DNA of 64,000 nt, taken from assembly GCF_009914755.1 (NCBI RefSeq), contig NC_060938.1; one strand, given 5' to 3'. Below, piece by piece: positions 1 to 11,469 of this stretch. Every line of letters begins with the position of its first letter. Within the stretch, counting starts at the first letter, position 1. The stretch is from the human T2T-CHM13v2.0 reference genome, Homo sapiens. Below the pieces are notes generated by a model. That model saw nothing but the letters and a program-made list of their open reading frames with translations, searched no databases and was not told the origin of the DNA. The position numbers were made by a program, and so were the translations under genes.

Positions 1-1891
1 AGTGGAATGGAATGGAATGGAATGGAATGGAGTGGAATGGAATGGAGTGGAATGGAGTGGAGTGGAGATGAGTGGAGTAGAATGGAGTGGAGTGCAATGG
101 AGGGGTACGGAGAGCAATGGAATGGAATGTAATGGAGTGAAATGGAATGGAATGGAGTGGAATGAAATTGAGTGGAGCAGAGTGGAGTGGAGTGGAGTGA
201 AGTGGATTGGAGTGGAATGGAGTGGAATGGACTGTAATGGAATGGAGAGAATTGGAATGAAATGGAACGGAATGGAATTGAATGTAACGGAATGGAAAGA
301 AACAGAAAGGAACTGAGTGGAGTGGACTGGAATGCAGTGGAGTTGAGTGGAGTGGTTCATAGTGGAGTGCAGTGGAATGGAATGGAATGGAATGGATTGG
401 AATGGAATGGAGTGTAGTGGAGTGGTGTGGAGTAGAGTGGAATGGAATGGAATGGAATGGATTGGAATGGAATGGAGTGTAGTGGAGTGGTGTGGAGTAG
501 AGTGGAATGGAATGGAATGGAGTGTAGTGGAGTGGAATGGTGTGGAGTGGAGTGGAGTGGAATGGTGTGGAGTGGAATAGAATGGAGTGTAGTGGAGTGA
601 TGTGGACTGCAATGGAATGAAGGGGATTGGAATGGAATGGAATGAAACGGAATGGAATGGAATCGAATGGAATGGAAAGAAACAGAAAGGAACTGAGTGG
701 AGTGGACAGCAATGAAGTGGAGTTAAGTGGAGTGGTTCAGAGTGGAGTGGAATGGAATGGAATGGAATGTAAAGGAACGGAATGGAAAGAAACAACAGAA
801 CTAAGTGGAGTGGAGTGGAATGCAGTGGAGTTGAGTGGAGTGGTTCAGAGTGGAGTGGAATGGAATGGAATGGAATGGATTGCAATGGAATGGAGTGGAG
901 TGGAATGGAATGGAGTGGAGTGGTGTGGGGTAGAGTGGAAAGGGATGGAATGGAATGGAATGGAGTGTAGTGGAGTAGAATGGATTGTAGTGGAGTGGTG
1001 TGTAATGGTTTGGAGTGGAATGGAATGAAGTGTAGTGTAGTGGAGTGGAGTGTAATGGAGTGGAATGGATTGGAATGGAATGGAAATGAATGGAGTGGAC
1101 TGGAATGTAATGGAGCAGAATGGAATTGAATGGAGTGTACTGGAGTGGAGTCGAGTGGACTGTAATGGAATGGAAATGAGAGAAATGTAGTGGAGTGGTA
1201 TGGATTGTAGTGGAATAGAAAGGAGTGGAATGGAATGGAATGGAACGGAATGCAACGGAATTGAATGGAATGGAGTGGAGTGGAATGGATTAGAGTGGAG
1301 CTGAGTGGAGTGGATTGTAGTGCAGTGGAATGGAATGGAATGGAAAAGAGTGGTGTGGGATACAGTGGAGTGGAATGGAGTGGAGTAGAGTGGAGTGGAA
1401 TGAATTGGAATGGAATGGAGTGGAGTGGAGTGGAATGGAATGGAATGGAATGGAACGGTATGGAATGGAATGGAACGCAACGGTGTGGAAAGGAATGGAA
1501 TGGAGTGGAGTGGAGTGCAGTGAAGTGGAGTGCAGGGGAGTGGAATGGAGTGGAAAGGAGTGGAATGGAATGGAGTGGAGTGGAATGGAAAGAAATGGAA
1601 TGTAACGGAATATAATGGAACGGAATGGATTGGAACGGAATGGAACAGAGAGGAGTGGAGAAGAGTGGAGTTGAGTGGAGTGGATAGGAGTGCAGTGGAA
1701 TGGAAGGGAAAGGAATGGAATGGAATGGAATGGAATGGAATGGAATGTAGTGCAGTGCAGTTGAATTGAGTGGATTGGAGTGCAGTGGAATGGAATGGAG
1801 TGGAGTCTAGTGGATTGGAGTGGAATGGAATGGAGTGGAGTGTGGTGGAATGGAATGGAACAGAATGGAAAGGAATGGAAAGGAATTGAAT

Positions 1892-1968
1892 GGTGAAACG
1901 AAATGTCAGCTAAGATTATGCCACTGAACTCCTATATGGGTGACAGAGTGAGATGCAGTCAAAATAAA
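1892..1968 (+). mobile_element. Alu 3'-end fragment cassette, type 1 (also ~9353, ~12730)
   Basis: ggtgaaacgaaatgtcagctaagattatgccactgaactcctatatgggtgacagagtgagatgcagtcaaaataaa, a diverged match to the Alu right-arm end. Confidence 0.8.
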
Positions 1969-3153
1969 GGAATGGAATGGAATGGAGTAGAATGGAATTG
2001 AATGTAATGGAGTGGAATGGAATGGAGTGGAATGGAGTGGATTGGATTGGAAAGGAGTGGAGTGTACTGGAGTGGAATGGAATGGAGTGGAATGGAGAGG
2101 AATGGAATGGAGTGGAATGGAATAGAGTGGAATGGAGTGTATTGGAGTGGAGTGTAATCGAGTGGAGTGGAATGGAGTGGAATGGAATGAAATGGACTGC
2201 AATGGAATGCAGTGGAATGGAATGGAATTGAATGGAGTGGAATGCAATGGAATGGAAAGGAGTGGAGTGGAGTGGAAAGGAATGGAGGGGAATGGAATGG
2301 AGTGGAATGGAATGGAATGGAGTGGAATGGAACGGAGTGGCGTGGAGTGGAGTGGCGTGGAATGGAGTGGAATTGAGTGAAATGGAGTGGAGTGAAGTGG
2401 AATGGAGTGGAGTAGAATGGAGTGGAGTGGAGTGGAATGGAGTGGGGTGAAATGGAATGCAATGGAGTGGAATGGAGTGGAATGAATTGGAATGGAATGG
2501 AATGAAGTGGAATTGAATGGAGTGGAATGGAATTTAGTGGAGTGTAGCAATGTGGAGTGCAGTGTAGAGGAGTGGAGTGAAGTGGAGTGGAATGGAGAGC
2601 AATGGAGTGAAACGGATTGGAATTGATTGGAGTGCATGAGAATGGAATGAAGTGGAATATAACAGAATGGAACAGAAAGTAACGGAATGGAAAGGAGTGT
2701 AGTGGAGTGTAGTGGAGGTGAGTAGAGTGGTTCGGAGTGCAATCAAATGGAATGGAATAGAATGGAAAGGATTTTAGTGGAGTGGAGTGGAGTGAAATGG
2801 AATGAAGGGGAGTGGAATGGAATTAAATTTAACAGAATTCAATGGAATATAACGAAATGGATAGGATCAGAACGGAACAGAGCGGAGTGGAGTTGAGTGG
2901 AGTGGATCGGAGTGCAGTGGAAAGGAATGGAATAGAATGGAATGGAATGCAGTGGAGTGGAATGGAATGAAGTGGAATGGAGTTGAGTGGAGTGGATCGG
3001 AGTGCAGTGGAAAGGAATGGAAGAGAATGGAATGGAATGGAATGCAGTGGACTGGAATGGAATGGAGTGGAGTGGAGTGCAGTGGAATCGAGTGGAGTGG
3101 AGTGGAATGGAGTAGAATGGAATGGAGTGGAGTTTAGTGGAATGGAATGGAAT

Positions 3154-3230
3154 GGTGAAATGAAATGTCAGCTAAGATTGTGCAACTGCATTCCAGTCTG
3201 GGTGACAAAATGAGATCCAGTCGAAGTAAA
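3154..3230 (+). mobile_element. Alu 3'-end fragment cassette, type 2 (also ~10625, ~13997)
   Basis: gctaagattgtgcaactgcattccagtctgggtgacaaaatgagatccagtcgaagtaaa. Confidence 0.82.
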
Positions 3231-3995
3231 GGAATGGAATGGAATAGAGAAAAATGGAATGGAATGGTGTGGAGTGGAATGGAATGGAGAGGAATGGAGT
3301 GGAGTGGAGTGGAGTGGAATGGAGTGGAGTGGAATGCAGAGTGATGGAGAGGAATGGAATGGAATGGAATGGAATGGAATGGAATGGAATGGAATGGAGT
3401 GGAATGGAATGGAATGGAGTGGAATGGAATGGACTGTAGAGGAGTGGAGTGGATTGGATTGGAGTGGAGTGGAATGGAGTGGAATAGAGTGAAATTTAGT
3501 GGAGTGTAATGGAGTGGAGTGGAGTGCAGTTGAGTGGCATGGATCAGTGTGCAGTGGAATGGAATGGAATGGAGTGGAGTGGAGTGGAGTGGAATCGAAT
3601 GGAATGGCATGGAGTGGAGTGGAATGGAGTGGATTGGAATTGAATGCAGTGGAATGGAATGCAATGGAGTGGAGTGGAGTGCAGTGGAGTGGAGTGGAGT
3701 GGAATGGAATGGAGTGGAGTAAAATGGTTTGGAATGGAGTGGGGTGGAATGGAGTGGGTTGGAATGGAGTGGAGTGGAGTAGAACGGAGTGGATTGGGGT
3801 GGAATGGAATAGAATGGAATGGAATGGAGTGGAGTGGAGTAGAACGGAGTGGATTGGAGTGGAATGGAATACAGTAGAGTGGAATGCAGTGGAGTGGAAT
3901 GGAATGGAGTGGAGTGGCATGGAAAGGAATGGAGAGGAATGGAATGGAATGGAATGGAATGGAATGGAATGGAATGGAATGGAATGGAATGGAAC

Positions 3996-4072
3996 GGTGA
4001 AATAAAATGTGAGTTAAGATTGTGCCACTGCATTGCAGTCTGGGGGACAGAGTGAGATACAGTCGAAATAAA
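3996..4072 (+). mobile_element. Alu 3'-end fragment cassette, type 3 (also ~14839, ~20511)
   Basis: gtgagttaagattgtgccactgcattgcagtctgggggacagagtgagatacagtcgaaataaa. Confidence 0.85.
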
Positions 4073-4452
4073 GGAATGGAAGGGACTGGAGTAGAATGGA
4101 ATGGAATTGAGTGGAGTGGAATGGAATGAAGTGGAGAGGAATGGAATGGAGTGGAATGCAATGGAGGGGAATTCAATGGAGTGAAATGGAATGGAATATA
4201 AGGGAAAAAAGCGGATTGAAATGGAATAGAGCGAAGTGGAATGTAATGGAGTGGAGTGGAGTGGAATGGAGTGGAATGGAGTGGAAATTAATGGAGTGGA
4301 GTGCAATGGAGTGCACTGGAGTTGTACGGAATGGAGTGGAGTGGAATGGAATGGAGTGGAGTGGAGTGGAGCGTAGGGTAGTGGAGTGGAGTGGAATGGA
4401 AAGGAATGGAGTGTTGTGGAATGGGGTGTAGTGGACTTTAGAGGAATGGAAT

Positions 4453-4529
4453 GGTGAAATGAAATGTGAGTTAAGATTGTGACATTGCACTCCATTCTGG
4501 GTGACAGAGTGAGATCCAGTCGAAATAAA
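4453..4529 (+). mobile_element. Alu 3'-end fragment cassette, type 4 (also ~15296, ~20968)
   Basis: gtgagttaagattgtgacattgcactccattctgggtgacagagtgagatccagtcgaaataaa. Confidence 0.85.
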
Positions 4530-5134
4530 GGAATGGAACGGAATGGAGAAAAATGGAATGGAATGGAGTGGAGAGGAATGGAATGGAGTGGAATGGAGTG
4601 GTGTGGAGTGGAATGCAGTGGAGTGGAATGGAGTAGAGCAGAATGGAGTGGAGTGGAATGGAATGATATGGAATGGAATGGAGTGGAATGGAGTGAAGTG
4701 GAGTGAAATGCAGTTTAGTGTAATGGAGTGGAGTAGAATGGAGTGGAATGGAGTGGAATGGAATGGAATGGAAAAGAGCGGAATGGATAGGAGTGGAATG
4801 GAGTGGAGTGTATTGGAATGGAGTGGAATGGAACAGAAAGGGATGGAACGGAAAGGAACAAAATGGAACAGAGTGAAACTGAGTGGAGTGGAATAGCGTG
4901 CAGTGGATTGGAGTGCAGTGAAATGGAATGGAATGGAATGGATAGGAGTGTAGTGGAGTATAGTGGAGTGGAATGGAGTGGAAAGAAATGGAGTGGAGTT
5001 GAGTGGAATGGAATGGAATGGAAAGAATGGGAACGGAGTGGAGTGCAGTGGAGTGTAGGGAAGTGGACTTGAGCAGAGTGGATCAGAGTGCAGTGGAATG
5101 AAATGCAACGCAATGGAATGGAATGGAATGGAAT

Positions 5135-5212
5135 GGTGAAATAAAATGTGAGCAAAGATTGAGCCACTGCACTCCAGTCTGGGTGACAGAGTGAGTTCCA
5201 GTCGAAATAAAA
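5135..5212 (+). mobile_element. Alu 3'-end fragment cassette, type 5 (also ~15978, ~21650)
   Basis: gtgagcaaagattgagccactgcactccagtctgggtgacagagtgagttccagtcgaaataaaa. Confidence 0.85.
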
Positions 5213-5871
5213 GAATGGAACGGAATGGAGGAGAATGGAATGGAATGGAGTGGAGTTGAATGGAATGGAGTGAAATGGAGTGTAGTGGAGTGGAATGGAG
5301 TGTTGTGGAAAGGAGTGGAGTGGAATGGAGTGGAATGGAATGGAATGGAATAGAGAGGAATGGAATGGAATAGAATGGAATGGAGTGGAGTGGAACCCAG
5401 TACGGTGCAAAGGAGGGGAACGGAGTGAAATGGAATGGAATGGAATGGAGTGGAATCGAATGGAATGGAGTGGAATGGAATGCAATGGAGTGGAGTGGAG
5501 TAGAATGGAGTGAAATGGAATGGAATGGAATGCAGTGGAATTGAATGCAGAGGAATGGAGTGGAGTGGAGTGGAATGGAGTGGAGTGGAGAGGAATGGAA
5601 TGCTGTGGAGTGGAGTGCAGTGGAATGGGGTGGATTGGAATTTAATGGAGTGGAATGGAGTGAAATGGAGTGGAGTGGAATGGAATGGAATGGAGTAAAG
5701 TTGAATGGAACAGAGTGAAGTGGAGGGGAGTGGAGTGGAGTGGAGTGGAATGGAGGGGAGTGGAGTGGAGTGGAGTGGAATGGAGTGGAGTGGAATGGAG
5801 TGGGGTGGAATGGAGTGGAGTGGAATGGAATGGAATGGAATGGAATGGAATGGAATGGAATGGAATGGAAT

Positions 5872-5948
5872 AGTGAAATGAAATGTGAGCTAAGTTTCTG
5901 CAACTGCACTACAGTCTGGGTGACAAAGTTTGATCCAGTCAAAATAAA
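5872..5948 (+). mobile_element. Alu 3'-end fragment cassette, type 6 (also ~16694, ~22377)
   Basis: gtgagctaagtttctgcaactgcactacagtctgggtgacaaagtttgatccagtcaaaataaa. Confidence 0.8.
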
Positions 5949-7297
5949 GGAATGGAAAGGTATGGAGTAAAATGAAATGGAATGGGTTGGAGTGAAATGG
6001 AATGGAGTGGAATGGAGTGGAGTGGAGTGGAATGGAGTGAAATGGAGTGGAGTGGAATGGAGTGGAGTGGAGTTTAATGGAATGGAATGCAGTGGAAAGG
6101 GAGGGAATGGAGTGGAGTGTAATGGAGTGGAATGCAGTGGAGTGCAATGGAATGGAGTGGAATGTTGTGAAATGGAGTGGAGTGGAATTGAATGGATTGG
6201 AATGGAATGGAACAGAATGGAAGAGAATGGAAAGGAGTGGGGTGGAGTGGAGTGGAGTTCATTGGAGTGGATCGGAGTGCACTTGAATTGAATGGAATGA
6301 AATGGACTGGAATGGAGTGTAGTGAGTGGAGAGGAGTTTGGTGGAATTGAGTGGAATTGACTGGAGTTGTGAGGAGTTGTGTGGAGTGGAGTGGAATGGA
6401 GTGGAATGGAAGGGAGTGGAGTGGAATGGAATGGAATGGAACGGTATGGAATTGAATGGAAGAGAATGGAGTGGAACAGAAGAGAATGGGGTGGAGTGGA
6501 GTGGAGTTGAGAGGAGTGGGTCACAGTGCAGTGGAATGGAATGGAATTTGATGGATTGGAATGGAATGTAGTGGAGAGGAATGGAATGGAATAGAATGGA
6601 GTGGAGTGGAATGAAATGGAGTGGAGTGGAGTGGAGTGTAGGGGAGTGGAACGGAGTGGTGTGGAATGGAGGGGAATGGAGGGGAATGGAATGGAATGGA
6701 GTGGACTGGAAAGGAATGGATTGGAATGGAATGGAGTAAAGTGTATTGGAGAGGAGTCGAGTAAAATGGAGTGGAATGGAGGGAAATGGAGTGGAGTGAT
6801 ATGGAGGGGAGAGGAATGGAATGGAGTGGAATGGAATGAAACAGAATGGAACGGAATGGAACGGAGTGGAGTGGAGTGGAATGGAGGGGAGTTGAGTGGA
6901 GTGAAACCGAGTGCAGTGGAATAGAATGGAATGGAAAGGAATGGAGTGGAGTGAAGTAGAGTGCAGTGGAGTGGTGGGGATTTGAGTGCAATGGTGTGAA
7001 ATGGAATGGAGTGGAGTGGAGTGGAATGAAATGGAATGTAACGGAATGGAATGGAATGAAATGAAATGAAATGGAATGGAAAAGAATGGAACGGAGTGGA
7101 GTGGAGTGGAGAGGAGTTGAGTGGAGTGGATCGGAGTGCAGTGGAATGGAATGGAATGCAACTGGATGGAAAGGAATGGGGTGGAGTGGAATGGAATGGA
7201 AGGGAGTAGAGTGGTATAGAATGGAATGGAGTGAAGTGGAATGGAATGGAGTGGAGTAGAATGGAATGCAGTGGAATGGAATGGAATGGAAGGGAAT

Positions 7298-7374
7298 GGT
7301 GAAATGAAATGTGAGCTAAAATTGTGCCACTGCACTCCTTTCTCGGTGACAGAGGGAGATTCATTTGAAATAAA
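7298..7374 (+). mobile_element. Alu 3'-end fragment cassette, type 7 (also ~18121, ~23803)
   Basis: gtgagctaaaattgtgccactgcactcctttctcggtgacagagggagattcatttgaaataaa. Confidence 0.8.
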
Positions 7375-8077
7375 GGGCTGGAATGCAATGGAGTAGAATC
7401 GGAAGGAAAGGAGTGGAGTGGAATGGCATGGAGTGGAATGAAGTGGAGTGGAGTGGAATGGAGTGGAGTGGAATGGAGAGGAGTGGAATGGAGAGCAATG
7501 GAGTGGAATGGAATGGAATGGAGTGGAATGGAATGGAATGGAATGGAGTGGAATGGAATGGAGTGGAATGGAGTGGAGTGGAGATGAGTGGAGTAGAATG
7601 GAGTGGAGTGCAATGGAGGGGTACGGAGAGCAATGGAATGGAATGTAATGGAGTGAAATGGAATGGAATGGAGTGGAATGAAATTGAGTGGAGCAGAGTG
7701 GAGTGGAGTGGAGTGAAGTGGATTGGAGTGGAATGGAGTGGAATGGACTGTAACGGAATGGAGAGAATTGGAATGAAATGGAACGGAATGGAATTGAATG
7801 TAACGGAATGGAAAGAAACAGAAAGGAACTGAGTGGAGTGGACTGGAATGCAGTGGAGTTGATTGGAGTGGTTCATAGTGGAGTGCAGTGGAATGGAATG
7901 GAATGGAATGGATTGGAATGGAATGGAGTGTAGTGGAGTGGTGTGGAGTAGAGTGGAATGGAATGGAATGGAGTGTAGTGGAGTGGAATGGTGTGGAGTG
8001 GAGTGGAGTGGAATGGTGTGGAGTGGAATAGAATGGAGTGTAGTGGAGTGATGTGGACTGCAATGGAATGAAGGGGA

Positions 8078-11000
8078 TTGGAATGGAATGGAATGAAACG
8101 GAATGGAATGGAATCGAATGGAATGGAAAGAAACAGAAAGGAACTGAGTGGAGTGGACAGCAATGAAGTGGAGTTAAGTGGAGTGGTTCAGAGTGGAGTG
8201 GAATGGAATGGAATGGAATGTAAAGGAACGGAATGGAAAGAAACAACAGAACTAAGTGGAGTGGAGTGGAATGCAGTGGAGTTGAGTGGAGTGGTTCAGA
8301 GTGGAGTGGAATGGAATGGAATGGAATGGATTGCAATGGAATGGAGTGGAGTGGAATGGAATGGAGTGGAGTGGTGTGGGGTAGAGTGGAAAGGGATGGA
8401 ATGGAATGGAATGGAGTGTAGTGGAGTAGAATGGATTGTAGTGGAGTGGTGTGTAATGGTTTGGAGTGGAATGGAATGAAGTGTAGTGTAGTGGAGTGGA
8501 GTGTAATGGAGTGGAATGGATTGGAATGGAATGGAAATGAATGGAGTGGACTGGAATGTAATGGAGCAGAATGGAATTGAATGGAGTGTACTGGAGTGGA
8601 GTCGAGTGGACTGTAATGGAATGGAAATGAGAGAAATGTAGTGGAGTGGTATGGATTGTAGTGGAATAGAAAGGAGTGGAATGGAATGGAATGGAACGGA
8701 ATGCAACGGAATTGAATGGAATGGAGTGGAGTGGAATGGATTAGAGTGGAGCTGAGTGGAGTGGATTGTAGTGCAGTGGAATGGAATGGAATGGAAAAGA
8801 GTGGTGTGGGATACAGTGGAGTGGAATGGAGTGGAGTAGAGTGGAGTGGAATGAATTGGAATGGAATGGAGTGGAGTGGAGTGGAATGGAATGGAATGGA
8901 ATGGAACGGTATGGAATGGAATGGAACGCAACGGTGTGGAAAGGAATGGAATGGAGTGGAGTGGAGTGCAGTGAAGTGGAGTGCAGGGGAGTGGAATGGA
9001 GTGGAAAGGAGTGGAATGGAATGGAGTGGAGTGGAATGGAAAGAAATGGAATGTAACGGAATATAATGGAACGGAATGGATTGGAACGGAATGGAACAGA
9101 GAGGAGTGGAGAAGAGTGGAGTTGAGTGGAGTGGATAGGAGTGCAGTGGAATGGAAGGGAAAGGAATGGAATGGAATGGAATGGAATGGAATGGAATGGA
9201 ATGGAATGTAGTGCAGTGCAGTTGAATTGAGTGGATTGGAGTGCAGTGGAATGGAATGGAGTGGAGTCTAGTGGATTGGAGTGGAATGGAATGGAGTGGA
9301 GTGTGGTGGAATGGAATGGAACAGAATGGAAAGGAATGGAAAGGAATTGAATGGTGAAACGAAATGTCAGCTAAGATTATGCCACTGAACTCCTATATGG
9401 GTGACAGAGTGAGATGCAGTCAAAATAAAGGAATGGAATGGAATGGAGTAGAATGGAATTGAATGTAATGGAGTGGAATGGAATGGAGTGGAATGGAGTG
9501 GATTGGATTGGAAAGGAGTGGAGTGTAATGGAGTGGAATGGAATGGAGTGGAATGGAGAGGAATGGAATGGAGTGGAATGGAATAGAGTGGAATGGAGTG
9601 TATTGGAGTGGAGTGTAATCGAGTGGAGTGGAATGGAGTGGAATGGAATGAAATGGACTGCAATGGAATGCAGTGGAATGGAATGGAATTGAATGGAGTG
9701 GAATGCAATGGAATGGAAAGGAGTGGAGTGGAGTGGAATGGAATGGAGGGGAATGGAATGGAGTGGAATGGAATGGAATGGAGTGGAATGGAACGGAGTG
9801 GCGTGGAGTGGAGTGGCGTGGAATGGAGTGGAATTGAGTGAAATGGAGTGGAGTGAAGTGGAATGGAGTGGAGTAGAATGGAGTGGAGTGGAGTGGAATG
9901 GAGTGGGGTGAAATGGAATGCAATGGAGTGGAATGGAGTGGAATGAATTGGAATGGAATGGAATGGAATGGAATGAAGTGGAATTGAATGGAGTGGAATG
10001 GAATTTAGTGGAGTGTAGCAATGTGGAGTGCAGTGTAGAGGAGTGGAGTGAAGTGGAGTGGAATGGAGAGCAATGGAGTGAAACGGATTGGAATTGATTG
10101 GAGTGCATGAGAATGGAATGAAGTGGAACATAACAGAATGGAACAGAAAGTAACGGAATGGAAAGGAGTGTAGTGGAGTGTAGTGGAGTTGAGTAGAGTG
10201 GTTCGGAGTGCAATCAAATGGAATGGAATAGAATGGAAAGGATTTTAGTGGAGTGGAGTGGAGTGAAATGGAATGAAGGGGAGTGGAATGGAATTAAATT
10301 TAACAGAATTCAATGGAATATAACGAAATGGATAGGATCAGAACGGAACAGAGCGGAGTGGAGTTGAGTGGAGTGGATCGGAGTGCAGTGGAAAGGAATG
10401 GAATAGAATGGAATGGAATGCAGTGGAGTGGAATGGAATGAAGTGGAATGGAGTTGAGTGGAGTGGATAGGAGTGCAGTGGAAAGGAATGGAAGAGAATG
10501 GAATGGAATGGAATGCAGTGGACTGGAATGGAATGGAGTGGAGTGGAGTGCAGTGGAATCGAGTGGAGTGGAGTGGAATGGAGTAGAATGGAATGGAGTG
10601 GAGTGTAGTGGAATGGAATGGAATGGTGAAATGAAATGTCAGCTAAGATTGTGCAACTGCATTCCAGTCTGGGTGACAAAGTGAGATCCAGTCGAAGTAA
10701 AGGAATGGAATGGAATAGAGTAAAATGGAATGGAATGGTGTGGAGTGGAATGGAATGGAGAGGAATGGAGTGGAGTGGAGTGGAGTGGAGTGGAGTGGAG
10801 TGGAATGGAGTGGAGTGGAATGGAGAGTGATGGAGAGGAATGGAATGGAATGGAATGGAATGGAGTGGAATGGAATGGAATGGAGTGGAATGGAATGGAA
10901 TGGAGTGGAATGGAATGGACTGTAGAGGAGTGGAGTGGATTGGAGTGGAGTGGAATGGAGTGGAATAGAGTGAAATTTAGTGGAGTGTAATGGAGTGGAG

Positions 11001-11469
11001 TGGAGTGCAGTTGAGTGGCATGGATCAGTGTGCAGTGGAATGGAATGGAATGGAGTGGAGTGGAGTGGAGTGGAATCGAATGGAATGGCATGGAGTGGAG
11101 TGGAATGGAGTGGATTGAAATTGAATGCAGTGGAATGGAATGCAATAGAGTGGAGTGGAGTGCAGTGGAGTGGAGTGGAGTGGAATGGAAAGGAGTGGAG
11201 TAAAATGGTTTGGAATGGAGTGGGGTGGAATGGAGTGGGTTGGAATGGAGTGGAGTGGAGTAGAACGGAGTGGATTGGGGTGGAATGGAATAGAGTGGAA
11301 TGGAATGGAGTGGAGTGGAGTGGTGTGGAGTAGAGTGGAATGGAATGGAATGGAATGGAATGGAGTGTAGTGGAGTGGAATGGTGTGGAGTGGAGTGGAG
11401 TGGAATGGTGTGGAGTGGAATAGAATGGAGTGTAGTGGAGTGATGTGGACTGCAATGGAATGAAGGGGA
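8078..11469 (+). repeat. Deleted unit U2 (~3.39 kb; cassettes 1-2 only)
   Basis: Follows U1 to the equivalent of ~3840, then at ~11320 jumps to the equivalent of ~7937 (ggagtggtgtggagtagagtgg). Cassettes lie at ~9353 and ~10625 only. Confidence 0.85.

Larger units (their letters stand above)
627..8077 (+). repeat. Full ~7.45-kb higher-order unit U1 (7 Alu-derived cassettes)
   Basis: The landmark ...aaggggattggaatggaatggaatgaaacgg recurs at 627, 8078, 11470, 18901 and 24618, and near-identical ORF translations start at each. The first spacing is 7451 bp. Confidence 0.9.
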
